64,000 bases of DNA from Anaeromyxobacteraceae bacterium. GTDB taxonomy: Bacteria > Myxococcota > Myxococcia > Myxococcales > Anaeromyxobacteraceae. The notes beneath the pieces are model-generated. The model worked only from the letters and a program-made list of their open reading frames with translations. It made no database searches and was not told where the DNA came from. Made by a program: the position numbers and the translations under genes. Each line of letters begins with the position of its first letter. Position 1 is the stretch's first letter. Shown here piece after piece: positions 39,667 through 48,935 of this stretch. The DNA lies in NCBI GenBank assembly GCA_035519395.1, contig DATIWK010000122.1, positions 7,275-71,274 on the forward strand, written 5' to 3'.

Positions 39667-41341
39667 GCGGGTGCCCCCGGGTCCGGCGGCGCGCCATCGC
39701 GGCCAGGCAGTGGCCGCGCAGGTCGCCGTCGGCGGCCTGGGCCAGCGCGTGCAGCCGTGCCTCGGCGTCGGGCAGGGCGATCACCTCCAGGCCGGACGCG
39801 GCCGCGCGCATCAGCGCCTGCTTGCGCCCGGACTTCCGCAGCCCGCCCAGGAGCCCCTTCTCCTTCTCGGCCCAGCGCGCGAACACCCGCGACGCCGGGA
39901 TGGGGCCGATGCTCGCCAGGGCGCGACCGGCCGCGTCCGCCTCGGCGTCGGACAGCTCGCGCCGCTCCTCGGCCCAGCGCTCCACGGCGTGGAAGGCCGC
40001 CGGCTCGCCCCGCGCGCCGAAGAGATCGAGGACGCGGATCCGGCGCGCCTCGTCGCCGCCGGCGAGCAGGCGGGCCAGCGGCACGGTGGGCAGCTCGCAG
40101 CGCGCCGCCTCCAGGCCGGCCAGGGCCGCGTCCTGGAGCGCCCGATCCGGCTGCGCGAGCAGCGCGGTGGCGGCTGCCGGGATGCGGTCCGGATCTCCCT
40201 CGGCCAGCGTCCGCAGCAGGTCGCCCGCCAGGGCCGGCCCCGCGCTCGGGAGCCGCGCCGCGAGCGCGGCGCCGTCCGCCGGGAGCCTGGCGCGGACGAG
40301 GCCGAGGAGCAGCGCGCGGCGCGCGGGCCGTTCCTCGGGTCCGAGCGCGTCCACCAGCCCGTCGAGCGGGACCATGGCCAAAAGCGGCGCGAGGTGCGGC
40401 GGCGCCTCCCGCGCGTCGTCCGGCAGCTTGGCGAGCAGGCCGAGGTAGGTCTGCGGGTCCTCGAGGTGGCGCGCGACGGCCGCGGCGGCGGCGGCGCGGC
40501 CGCCCCGGGCCAGCATCGCCGCCAGCTCCTTGGCGCGGACGAGGTCCCCCTCGGAGAGGAGGAAGGTCCCCACCTCGCCGGCGAAGCCGTCCAGCTCCGG
40601 GTACGGGTTCGGCCAGCCGGAGCGCGCCGCCTCGGCGAGGAGGTCGCGCACGGCCGAGAGCGCCGTCGCCGGGAGGGCCGCCGGATCGAGCTCGGCGCGC
40701 AGGTCGCGGAGCGCCTCCGCGGCGACGGGCCGGTGGGCGAGCGCCGCGGGCGCGGGCAGCCGAGGGAGCGGCTCGTCCCAGCCGGGCGGCGGCGCGAGCT
40801 GGAGGGCGGAGGTGTCCTCGTGCCCCTCCCCCTGCGCCTCCTCGTCCTCCAGCCGGAACCCCTCGACCGCCTCGATGGCGATCCCGCGGAACCCGGCGCT
40901 GCGGATGAGCGTGACGACGTCGTCCTCGGACTGACGGATCCCGGTGAAGCGGATCGCGAGGATCTCGAGCACCCGGAGCAGCTCGGGCCAGGGGACGCCC
41001 GGCTCGATCGACACGCGCCGGACCCCGTCGCGGAAGAGCCGGTAGGCGAGCGAGCGCTCGCGGTCCGGCTCCCGGTAGATCACCTCGCCGACGGCGGCGA
41101 TCTCCTCGGGGCGCACCTCCAGGGCGAGCGGCCCGAGCGCGAGGGCGCGGCCGGCCCGCTCCTGGTAGTCGCCGAGGAACTGCCTCACCAGGGCGTTCGA
41201 CGGATCGTAGAGGACGAACGCGCGCGCGGCCTTGGCCAGGGCGTTGATGAACCCGGCCGCCGCCTGCGCCTGCGGCGAGCCGCCCGCGACGTCCATCTCG
41301 GCGGTGGTGAGCGGCGCGTCGGGGGCGCCGGGCTGGGCCAT
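39659..41341 (-). CDS. HEAT-repeat protein
   Basis: C-terminal Leu/Ala helical repeats (LQDAALAGL, RRIRVLDLF, LMRAAASGL); overlaps the HD gene start. Confidence 0.7.
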   Translation of the reverse strand: MAQPGAPDAPLTTAEMDVAGGSPQAQAAAGFINALAKAARAFVLYDPSNALVRQFLGDYQERAGRALALGPLALEVRPEEIAAVGEVIYREPDRERSLAYRLFRDGVRRVSIEPGVPWPELLRVLEILAIRFTGIRQSEDDVVTLIRSAGFRGIAIEAVEGFRLEDEEAQGEGHEDTSALQLAPPPGWDEPLPRLPAPAALAHRPVAAEALRDLRAELDPAALPATALSAVRDLLAEAARSGWPNPYPELDGFAGEVGTFLLSEGDLVRAKELAAMLARGGRAAAAAAVARHLEDPQTYLGLLAKLPDDAREAPPHLAPLLAMVPLDGLVDALGPEERPARRALLLGLVRARLPADGAALAARLPSAGPALAGDLLRTLAEGDPDRIPAAATALLAQPDRALQDAALAGLEAARCELPTVPLARLLAGGDEARRIRVLDLFGARGEPAAFHAVERWAEERRELSDAEADAAGRALASIGPIPASRVFARWAEKEKGLLGGLRKSGRKQALMRAAASGLEVIALPDAEARLHALAQAADGDLRGHCLAAMARRRTRGHPHG

Positions 41342-41408
41342 CGTCGACCTCCGACTCGATTGAGCCCCGAAGGCGCGCCTGCGTCAACTCCGCGTCCCGC
41401 GGCGGCCG

Positions 41409-42167
41409 CTACCGCAGGTCGCGCCGCTCGAAGATCGCGGCCGCGAGCGCGAGGCAGCCCGCCGCGTAGAGGAGCGCGTAGGGCACGGCGAGCCAGGCCG
41501 ACGCCGCCGGCGGCGTCCGGTAGACCACGCTCTCGTTCAGCGAGAGCGCCGACAGGTTCGGGAGCAGGTACCAGAGCGCCCGGCCGAGCTGCGATCCGCT
41601 GCCCGTCCAGAGGGTCCGGAGGTCGGTGGAGAGGCGGCCGGCGATGGTGAGGGCGAGCGCGAAGATGGCGGCGAGCGTGGTGGTGGTGAGGGACGAGAAG
41701 AGCACCGCCACCGCCGCCACCACCAGGAACTGCACGCCCATCATGGCGTAGGCCGAGGCGAGCGCGAGGTCGAGCGGCCGAGGCGATCGCTCCTGGAGGA
41801 CGAGGAGGACGGCCAGGAGGGCGCCCATGACCGCGAGGTTGAGGAGCAGCACCCCCGCCAGCCCCAGGTACCGGCCGAGGAGGTACTGGGCACGCGTGAC
41901 CGGCTTCGCGATGATCGGGTAGAGGACGCGCCGCTCCACGTCGCCCGCGATCACGCTCGCGCCCAGGAAGACCGCGATGATCGACCCCATCGCCTCCATG
42001 GCGGTGAGCCCGAGGTCCGCGGCGATGCGGTGCATCTCGCCGATGGTGAGCTCCGACACCACCGAGCTCAGCACCAGCAGGAGGAGCGCGAAGACGACGA
42101 GGTTCACCTGCACCTTCCGGCGCAGCGCCTCGCGCAGGGTGACGCCGGCCAGGGCGAGCACGTTCAT
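41409..42167 (-). CDS. pilI: ABC permease PilI
   Basis: TLREALRRK, DVERRVLYPIIAKPVTR..LLGRYLG, FERRDL; about 6 TM helices. Confidence 0.82.
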   Translation of the reverse strand: MNVLALAGVTLREALRRKVQVNLVVFALLLLVLSSVVSELTIGEMHRIAADLGLTAMEAMGSIIAVFLGASVIAGDVERRVLYPIIAKPVTRAQYLLGRYLGLAGVLLLNLAVMGALLAVLLVLQERSPRPLDLALASAYAMMGVQFLVVAAVAVLFSSLTTTTLAAIFALALTIAGRLSTDLRTLWTGSGSQLGRALWYLLPNLSALSLNESVVYRTPPAASAWLAVPYALLYAAGCLALAAAIFERRDLR

Positions 42168-43090
42168 CGGTTCCTCTTCTCCATCTCGCCCTCCATCGAC
42201 TTGAGGCGCTGGTGCGCGTCGCGCGCGGCCTGGTCGCGGTCGCGCGCCCCGGGCGCGCGCTCGAACCGCTTGGGCTCGACCGTCGACCGGACGCGCCCGT
42301 CCGCGCCCAGGACGTATTTCCCGCCGAAGGGATCGGGCGGGACGGCGGGGACCAGCCCCGCCTCGACGAGCTGCTCCAGCGTCCGCGGCGGCGACCCGAC
42401 CCGCTCGCGGAAGCGCGCCGCGGCCTCCTCCAGCGCCGATGCGTCGCGCTCGAGCTGCGCGCGGCGGATCTGGGCGGCGATGGCCTTGCGCGACTCGTCG
42501 TCCTGCGCCTCGGAGAGCAGGTGACCCAGGAAGGAGGCCGCCGCCTCGGCGGCGTCGCCCCTCACGTACATCGCGACCACGTAGTCGCGCAGGTGCGGGG
42601 GCGCACCCGGCGTCCGGGCGGCGCGCTCGAACCACTGCCCGGCGAGCACGTAGTCACCCTCGTACAGGAACGCGTTCACCGCCCGGTGGAAGGGGAGGAT
42701 GTAGCGGTCGGGGACGTTGCGCGTTCCCTTCTCCAAGATCGCGTCCGAGTCCCCGACGAGCCCGGCGCTGGCGAGCACGTTCGCGCCCACCTGGTAGGCG
42801 TAGCCGTGCCGAGGATCGAGGTCGGTGACCAGCTCGAGGAGCGGCCGCAGCCGTTCCCAGCCGCGGGCGTCCCCGCGGTCGTCGCCCATGTACTGCACGG
42901 TCTTGAGCCAGTGCAGGTCCGCGGCGAGCGTGGAGTGCCCGAGCGAGAGCCAGCGCGCCGACCGCGCCGTGGGGACGAAGCGGACGTCGTAGAAGGGGGG
43001 GTCCACCACCCGGATCCGATGGGCGACGGCCGCGGAGAGGGCGAAGAGCGCGGCGGCGGCGGCGGCGAAGGCGAGGGGGCGGGAGCGCAC
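42164..43090 (-). CDS. pilG: Myxobacterial PilG (periplasmic ABC accessory; unrelated to Pseudomonas PilG)
   Basis: N-terminal TM helix, ADLHWLKTVQY, VTDLDP, DPFGGKY; coupled to pilI. Confidence 0.72.
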   Translation of the reverse strand: MRSRPLAFAAAAAALFALSAAVAHRIRVVDPPFYDVRFVPTARSARWLSLGHSTLAADLHWLKTVQYMGDDRGDARGWERLRPLLELVTDLDPRHGYAYQVGANVLASAGLVGDSDAILEKGTRNVPDRYILPFHRAVNAFLYEGDYVLAGQWFERAARTPGAPPHLRDYVVAMYVRGDAAEAAASFLGHLLSEAQDDESRKAIAAQIRRAQLERDASALEEAAARFRERVGSPPRTLEQLVEAGLVPAVPPDPFGGKYVLGADGRVRSTVEPKRFERAPGARDRDQAARDAHQRLKSMEGEMEKRNR

Positions 43091-43143
43091 GGGCTTCGAG
43101 GCGGTGGAGGGGGGAGTATAGCCGAGATGCGCGGGACTCGAGC

Positions 43144-44880
43144 TCAGGGGGTGCGGGCGGGCGGCGCGGGCGGGTTGGCGCGGGCGGCCGCCACCCGCCG
43201 GGCGGCGGCGTAGGCGGGCGGCGCGATCTCGAGGAAGCGAGCGAACCACGACCGCGCCTCGTCTCGCCGCGCCGTTCGCCAGAGCAGGGTGGCGAGGTTG
43301 AACGTCGCCTCGGCGTCGTCCGGCGCGAGCCGGATCGCCTCGCGCAGGTGGGGCTCCGCCTCCGCCACGCGTCCCAGGGAGAGGAGACACGCCGCGAGCT
43401 GGGCGCGGGCGTAGGCGGACGCGGGATCGAGATCGACCGCGCGCCGCAGGGGCCGGACGCCGAGCTCCGGGTGGCCCGCCACGGAGAGCGCGGTTCCCAG
43501 GTTCACGAAGGGGCGGAGCTTGGCCGGGGACTTCGAGGCGGCGTCGTCCCAGAGCGAGACGTCGCTCGCCCACGCCTCGTTCCGCCACCGGGTCGCGACC
43601 GCCAGGACGAGGGCCGTGGCCAGCCCGGCGAGGGCCACCGTCCGCTGCCCGCCCAGGCGCGGCAGCCGCCGCACCAGGTGCGCGGCGCCCGCCGCCGCCG
43701 CGACGAAGATGCCCACCGACGGGAGGTAGGCGCGGTGCTCGTTCATGACGTCCGCGATGGGGATGACGCTCGACTCCACGGCCACCGTGGTGAAGAACCA
43801 GGCGACGCCGAAGGCGACGAGGCGCGCCGCCGGATCGACCGGCCGCCGCGCGCCGGGGCGGGTGCGCGCCCAGAGGGCGGCCGCCGCCCCGGCCAACGCC
43901 GCCAGGATGGCCGCCGGGACGAGCACGCCCGGGGCGAGCAGCGCGCGCTGGATCGGGACGTCGGGATCGACGTTCTGGCCGACGGGCAGGAGGAGCAGCC
44001 CGAGGTAGCGCAACACCACGCCGGCCTGGGTGGCGAGGTAGTCGAGGCGCGGGACGGACGACTGGACCCGCGTGGCGTCCGCCACGCGGTCGGCCAGCTC
44101 ACCGCCGCGGGTGCGCAGCCACAGCCAGGCGAGCGGCACGGCCGGGAGCGTCGCGAGCACGGGGGCGAGCCGCGCGAGCCGCGATCGCGGCGTCCCCTCC
44201 AGGAACGCGAGGTCCCACCAGGCGACCGCGAGGGGGAGCGTGAACGCGATCTCCTTGGTGGACATCGCCAGGAGCGCCGACGTCACCACCGCGCCGGGGA
44301 GGGCCACCCGGGCCGCGCCGCGGACGGCGCCCGCCTCCGCGCGCAGGCGCCACGCCGCGTACAGCACGACGGCCAGCAGGAAGAAGGTCGCGGCGAGGGA
44401 GGTGAGCCGCTGGACGACGTACGTCACCGCCTGCGTCTGGAGCGGGTGCGCGACGAACAGCGCGGCCGCCGCGAACCCGATGGCGCGAGACCACCCGGCG
44501 AGCGCCGAGCCGCGGAGCCGCGGCGTCCGGAAGGTGAGGACCACCAGCGCGTAGACGAGCGCGGCGTTGGCGAGGTGGATGGCCAGGTTGAGCGCGTGGA
44601 AGCCGCGCGGGTCGAGGCCGCCCAGGCGCCGGTTGAAGGCGAAGCTGAGGTAGCCCACCCACCGCGTGGCCGCGGCCCGGTAGCCCGCCCCGGTGAGGAG
44701 CGCGCCGGGCTCCCGGACCAGGGGGTTGTCGCGGATCTGCCGGACGTCGTCGTAGACGAACGCGCCGCCGAGCGAGCTCGAGTAGGCGAAGAGCCCGAGC
44801 GCCGCGACGCCGGCGAGGTACGCCCCGTGGCGGCGCCAGGCGGTCGAGGGAGGGTCCGGCGGCGGGAGCGGTGCGGGCAT
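43144..44880 (-). CDS. TMTC-like GT-C membrane glycosyltransferase with C-terminal TPRs
   Basis: FVYDD..IRDNP after TM1, FVAHPLQTQAVTY...R, STKE, EHRAYLPS, RNEAW, TPRs. Confidence 0.78.
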   Translation of the reverse strand: MPAPLPPPDPPSTAWRRHGAYLAGVAALGLFAYSSSLGGAFVYDDVRQIRDNPLVREPGALLTGAGYRAAATRWVGYLSFAFNRRLGGLDPRGFHALNLAIHLANAALVYALVVLTFRTPRLRGSALAGWSRAIGFAAAALFVAHPLQTQAVTYVVQRLTSLAATFFLLAVVLYAAWRLRAEAGAVRGAARVALPGAVVTSALLAMSTKEIAFTLPLAVAWWDLAFLEGTPRSRLARLAPVLATLPAVPLAWLWLRTRGGELADRVADATRVQSSVPRLDYLATQAGVVLRYLGLLLLPVGQNVDPDVPIQRALLAPGVLVPAAILAALAGAAAALWARTRPGARRPVDPAARLVAFGVAWFFTTVAVESSVIPIADVMNEHRAYLPSVGIFVAAAAGAAHLVRRLPRLGGQRTVALAGLATALVLAVATRWRNEAWASDVSLWDDAASKSPAKLRPFVNLGTALSVAGHPELGVRPLRRAVDLDPASAYARAQLAACLLSLGRVAEAEPHLREAIRLAPDDAEATFNLATLLWRTARRDEARSWFARFLEIAPPAYAAARRVAAARANPPAPPARTP

Positions 44881-44888
44881 GGCGGTCC

Positions 44889-44923
44889 AGAAAGGAACGG
44901 CGCCCCCGTCGCCGGGGGCGCCG
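44889..44923 (-). terminator. Intrinsic terminator after pilA
   Basis: 11-bp stem CGGCGCCCCCG/CGGGGGCGCCG followed by TTCCTTTCT on the minus strand. Confidence 0.75.
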
Positions 44924-44949
44924 CCATCATGCCACTTGCCGGGTCGACG

Positions 44950-45543
44950 CTAGAAGATGTTGTCGCCCGTCGCCACCGTCGACTGGCCGTAAGGAGGCGC
45001 GCTGACCGTCACGCCGCACTCCACCGGCGTGCCGGCCACGACGCCGGCCGTCGAGTCGAGGAGCGGCTTGAACAGGTAGACGCAGGCGTTGGTGCCGTCG
45101 CCGTCGATGTCGGACTGGGCCTGGACGCCCAGCGAGGCGCCGCAGTTGAGGAGCGTGGCGCCCGCGGTGCAGCCGGTCGGCGCGTTGCCCGTGGCGATCG
45201 TGTAGCAGCCGTAGGTGTTGCCCTCGATGACCCAGTCGATGGTGGTGGCGGCGGCGATGTCCGCCTGCACCCACTGGCGCTTCGAGGTGGTCGGCGTGCA
45301 GCCGGCCGGCAGCAGGCCGAGCGACACGTAGACGCCGGAGACGTTGGCGACGACCTGGCGCTCGCTCTGGCGGAGGGCCTCCTCCGACTTGAACACCGAG
45401 CCCACGTTCTCCTTCAGCTCGCTGAACTTCGCGCGGAGCTGGTAGCGGAGGAAGTTCGGGATCGCGATGGCCGCGAGGATCCCGATGATGGCGACGACGA
45501 TCATGAGCTCGATGAGGGTGAAGCCCTTGGCAACCTTCTTCAT
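44950..45543 (-). CDS. pilA: Major type IVa pilin (long type, 197 aa)
   Basis: KG|[24 protein letters not shown]; GGAGG RBS; six Cys; DIDGDG. Confidence 0.93.
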   Translation of the reverse strand: MKKVAKGFTLIELMIVVAIIGILAAIAIPNFLRYQLRAKFSELKENVGSVFKSEEALRQSERQVVANVSGVYVSLGLLPAGCTPTTSKRQWVQADIAAATTIDWVIEGNTYGCYTIATGNAPTGCTAGATLLNCGASLGVQAQSDIDGDGTNACVYLFKPLLDSTAGVVAGTPVECGVTVSAPPYGQSTVATGDNIF

Positions 45544-45645
45544 GTGACCTCCTGCTGGTGTAGGTCGGAGTGCGTTGGGCGCTCGCCGACTCGGTGACCG
45601 GGCTCCCTCTCTGGAAGCGGGCGTCCGGCAGTCGCGGTTCCGAAT

Positions 45646-45661
45646 AGCAGGACCGGTGCCA
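45646..45661 (-). promoter_or_regulatory. Sigma54 promoter of pilA
   Basis: TGGCACCGGTCCTGCT (GG-N10-GC); pilA is typically PilR/sigma54 dependent. Confidence 0.75.
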
Positions 45662-45747
45662 GCGGCCAGGTCGCGCAAGTGCTCGCCATCAGGCACCCCG
45701 CCCTGCGCGTGACGCCGACGCGATGCGCGCATCGGGGTCGGGCGGCA

Positions 45748-45762
45748 TGACCATTTTTGTCA
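45748..45762. promoter_or_regulatory. Candidate PilR enhancer
   Basis: TGAC-CATTTTT-GTCA about 90 bp upstream of the -24 box. Confidence 0.45.
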
Positions 45763-45821
45763 CCGGGGGCCGCGCCGTGGTCCTTTGACACGGCCCCGCC
45801 GCCCGAAGATGATGCCCGCCG

Positions 45822-46766
45822 ATGATCCTGCGAACCGAGGGACTCACCAAGACCTTCGAGGTAGGTCTCAGGCGCCGCCGCGTCGTCGCCGTGGACGATC
45901 TCTCGCTGCAGGTGGCAGAGGGCGAGATCTTCGGCTTCGTCGGGCCGAACGGCGCGGGCAAGACCACGACCATCAAGATGCTGATGGGGCTCATCCACCC
46001 GACGCGCGGGAGGGCGTTCATCTTCGACGCCCCCATCCCCAGCCAGGCGGCGAAGGCGCGCATCGGCTACCTCCCCGAGCACCCCGCCTACTACGACTTC
46101 CTGACCGGGCTCGAGGCGCTGCGCCTCTTCGCGGAGCTGGCCGGCGTGCCGCCGCCGGAGCGGGCGCTGCGGTGCGAGGAGGTGCTCGGCCTGGTGGGGC
46201 TGGCCGGGGCCGAGGACCGGCAGATCCGCAGGTACTCGAAGGGCATGCAGCAGCGCCTCGGCATCGCGCAGGCGCTCGTCGCGGACCCCGCCTTCGTGGT
46301 GCTGGACGAGCCCATGAGCGGGCTCGATCCCGTGGGGCGCAAGGAGATGCGCGACGTCATCCTCGAGCTCAAGCGCCGCGGCAAGACCGTCTTCTTCTCG
46401 ACCCACATCCTCCCCGACGTGGAGACCCTCTGCGACCGGGTGGGCATCATCCTGGGCGGCCGCCTGCGGGACGTCGGCCGGATCGGGGAGCTGCTGTCGC
46501 CGCAGGTCCGCAGCGTCGAGGTCACGGCGCTCGCGCCCGGCGCCGCCGCCGAGGCGCTGGCGCGGGGCAAGGTGCTGCGGACCGAGGGGAGCGTCTCCAC
46601 CGTGGTGTTCCCGGACGAGGTGGCGGCGGACGCCGCGGTCCGGGCGCTGCTCGCCGCCGGAGGCCGCGTGGTGTCGCTCACGCCGCACCGGGAGACGCTC
46701 GAGGACTTCTTCGTGCGCCGCCTCGCCGAGGAGCGAGAGGTCGGCCGGCTGCGCGAGGCGTCCTGA
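45822..46766 (+). CDS. pilH: ABC ATPase PilH
   Basis: GPNGAGKT, YSKGMQQR, LDEPMSGLDP. Confidence 0.85.
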   Translation: MILRTEGLTKTFEVGLRRRRVVAVDDLSLQVAEGEIFGFVGPNGAGKTTTIKMLMGLIHPTRGRAFIFDAPIPSQAAKARIGYLPEHPAYYDFLTGLEALRLFAELAGVPPPERALRCEEVLGLVGLAGAEDRQIRRYSKGMQQRLGIAQALVADPAFVVLDEPMSGLDPVGRKEMRDVILELKRRGKTVFFSTHILPDVETLCDRVGIILGGRLRDVGRIGELLSPQVRSVEVTALAPGAAAEALARGKVLRTEGSVSTVVFPDEVAADAAVRALLAAGGRVVSLTPHRETLEDFFVRRLAEEREVGRLREAS

Positions 46767-46771
46767 CCGGC

Positions 46772-47773
46772 GTGCCCGAGCTCGAGTCGATCATCCCCGA
46801 CGGTCTCCTCGCGGCGTTCGCCGCCGCCTTCGGCGCGGTGGTGGGGAGCTTCCTCAACGTGGTGGTCGCGCGCGTCCCGCACGGCCTCTCGGTGGTGCGG
46901 CCGCGGTCGCGCTGCCCGCGGTGCGGCGCCCCCATCGCCTGGTACGACAACGTGCCGGTGATCTCGTGGATCGTGCTGCGGGGGCGGTGCCGCGGCTGCC
47001 GCGCGCCCATCTCCCTTCGCTACCCGGTCGTCGAGCTGCTCGGCGCCGCGGCGGCGGTCGCGGCGCTCGCGCGCCACGGGCCGGCGCCGGAGGCCGCGGT
47101 GGAGTTCGCCTTCGTGGCGCTCCTGGTGGCGCTGCTCTTCATCGATCTCGACACCTGGCTCCTGCCGCACGCGCTCACCTGGCCGGTGATCGCGCTCGGC
47201 GTCGCGGCGGCCGCGCTCGGCGCGGGCGCGGCGCCTTCGCTGCGCTCCTCGCTCTCCGGCGCGGCGGCCGGGTTCGGCGCCTTCGCCCTCGTCTCGCTGG
47301 TCGGATCGAGGATCTTCCACCGCGAGGCGCTCGGCTGGGGCGACGTCTGGCTGCTCTCCGGGCTCGGGGCCTTCCTCGGCGCCGGCGCGCTCCTCCCGGT
47401 CGTCCTGCTCGCGTCGCTCCAGGGCAGCGTGGTCGGCCTCCTGCTCATCGCCCTCGGCAAGGGCGAGCCCGGGCCGGCGCCGGGCCCGGCGGCCGACGCG
47501 ACCCCGACCCCGACCTCGACCGCGACCTCGACCCCGACCTCGACCCCGACCTCGATTTCGACCGCGACCCCGACCTCGACCTCGACCGCGACCCCGACCG
47601 CGACCCCGACCGCGACCCCGACGACCGTTCCTCCCGAGCCACAGGAAGACAAGTGGGTCCCGCCGCGCCACGCCATCCCGTTCGGCCCCTTCCTCGTCCT
47701 CGCGGCGCTGGAGTGGCTGTACGGGGCGGCGGTCCTGGCGTCGGCGGTGCCGGCCCTCGCGGTGTTCCGGTAG
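46772..47773 (+). CDS. pilD: Prepilin peptidase/methyltransferase PilD with a Thr/Pro insertion
   Basis: GSFLNVV, two CxxC, FIDLD, GWGD, IPFGPFL. Confidence 0.9.
   Translation: MPELESIIPDGLLAAFAAAFGAVVGSFLNVVVARVPHGLSVVRPRSRCPRCGAPIAWYDNVPVISWIVLRGRCRGCRAPISLRYPVVELLGAAAAVAALARHGPAPEAAVEFAFVALLVALLFIDLDTWLLPHALTWPVIALGVAAAALGAGAAPSLRSSLSGAAAGFGAFALVSLVGSRIFHREALGWGDVWLLSGLGAFLGAGALLPVVLLASLQGSVVGLLLIALGKGEPGPAPGPAADATPTPTSTATSTPTSTPTSISTATPTSTSTATPTATPTATPTTVPPEPQEDKWVPPRHAIPFGPFLVLAALEWLYGAAVLASAVPALAVFR
47499..47626. repeat. In-frame (CGACCn)n microsatellite encoding (T-P/S/A)n
   Basis: About 20 hexamer units inside pilD. Confidence 0.85.
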
Positions 47774-47777
47774 GCCC

Positions 47778-48926
47778 GTGCGCGCCCGCATCCGCCTCCT
47801 GCTCGTGCTGCACGCGACCGCCACGGCCGCGGCGGCGGGCGCCGTCCTGCTGGCGGGCGGCGCGCCGCTCCTCGCCGCACGGGCGCTCGGAGCGCGCTCC
47901 TTCGCGCTCCTCGCGGCCGTCGCGGTGCTGGCCGTCGCCGCCGTGGGCGTGCTCGTCCTCTTCCGCGGGGTGGCCCGCCCGCTCGAGCGCCTCCTCTCCG
48001 CCGCCGAGCGGCTCGGCGCGCCCGAGGGGGGGCTCCCGCCGCTCGGACCGCCGGACGACGGCGGCGGCTCGGCGCTGATGCGCGCCGCGCTCGCGTTCGA
48101 GCGCGTGTCGGCCGCGCTGGCGGACGACCGGGCCCGCCTCGCCGAGAAGGTCGCGGAGCTGGGAGCCGCGAACGAGCGGCTCGAGGCGGCGCGCGAGGAG
48201 CTGCTCCGCGCCGAGCGGCTCGCCACCGTGGGCCGCCTCGCCTCCGGGATCGCGCACGAGGTGGGCAACCCGCTCGGCGCGATCGCCGGCTACGCCGACC
48301 TGGCGCGCGACCGGATCCGGGACGGACGGCCCGCCGCCGAGGTGGAGGACTTCCTCGGCCGCATCGCCGCCGAGGCGCAGCGGATCGACGCGATCGTCCG
48401 CGACCTGCTCGCCTTCGCCCGCCCGCCCGCGCCCGCGCCCACGCTGGCGGCGGTGGAGCTGACCGCGGCGGTGGACGCCGCGGTCCGGCTGGCGCGCGTG
48501 CAGGGCCGGCTCCGGGACGTCGAGGTGCGCGTGGACCTCGGCGGCGGGCCGCGCGTCCTGGCCGACGAGCGTCGCCTCACGCAGGTGATCCTGAACCTGC
48601 TCCTCAACGCGGGGGATGCGGTGGGAGGCAGGGGCCGCGTCGAGGTGGCGGCCCGACCCGTGCCGGGCGCCCCGGACCGCCTCGCGCTCACGGTGGTGGA
48701 CGACGGCCCGGGGATCGCGCCCGCGATCCTGCCGCGGATCTTCGACCCGTTCTTCACCACCAAGGACCCGGGGCGGGGAACGGGCCTCGGCCTGGCGGTG
48801 TGCCACGGCATCGTCGAGTCGTTCGGCGGCGACATCTCGGCGGCGAACGGGCCGCGCGGCGGCGCGGTCTTCCGGGTGGTGCTCCGCGCGCCCGGGCCGG
48901 CGGGGGACCGCGCCGGCCCGTGCTAG
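47778..48926 (+). CDS. pilS2: Sensor histidine kinase PilS2-like
   Basis: 2 TM helices + [12 protein letters not shown], HATPase; after pilD as in Myxococcus. Confidence 0.75.
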   Translation: MRARIRLLLVLHATATAAAAGAVLLAGGAPLLAARALGARSFALLAAVAVLAVAAVGVLVLFRGVARPLERLLSAAERLGAPEGGLPPLGPPDDGGGSALMRAALAFERVSAALADDRARLAEKVAELGAANERLEAAREELLRAERLATVGRLASGIAHEVGNPLGAIAGYADLARDRIRDGRPAAEVEDFLGRIAAEAQRIDAIVRDLLAFARPPAPAPTLAAVELTAAVDAAVRLARVQGRLRDVEVRVDLGGGPRVLADERRLTQVILNLLLNAGDAVGGRGRVEVAARPVPGAPDRLALTVVDDGPGIAPAILPRIFDPFFTTKDPGRGTGLGLAVCHGIVESFGGDISAANGPRGGAVFRVVLRAPGPAGDRAGPC

Positions 48927-48935
48927 AGTGGCGCC

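Noticed and set aside
44950-45543. Geobacter-type truncated conductive e-pilin
   Set aside because: Full-length pilin with a globular Cys-containing domain and modest aromatic content
45673-45690. Second sigma54 site upstream of pilA
   Set aside because: GG-N9-GC spacing is wrong
30042-45821. Active invertible element or genomic island
   Set aside because: No integrase, invertase, tRNA or matching boundary repeats seen
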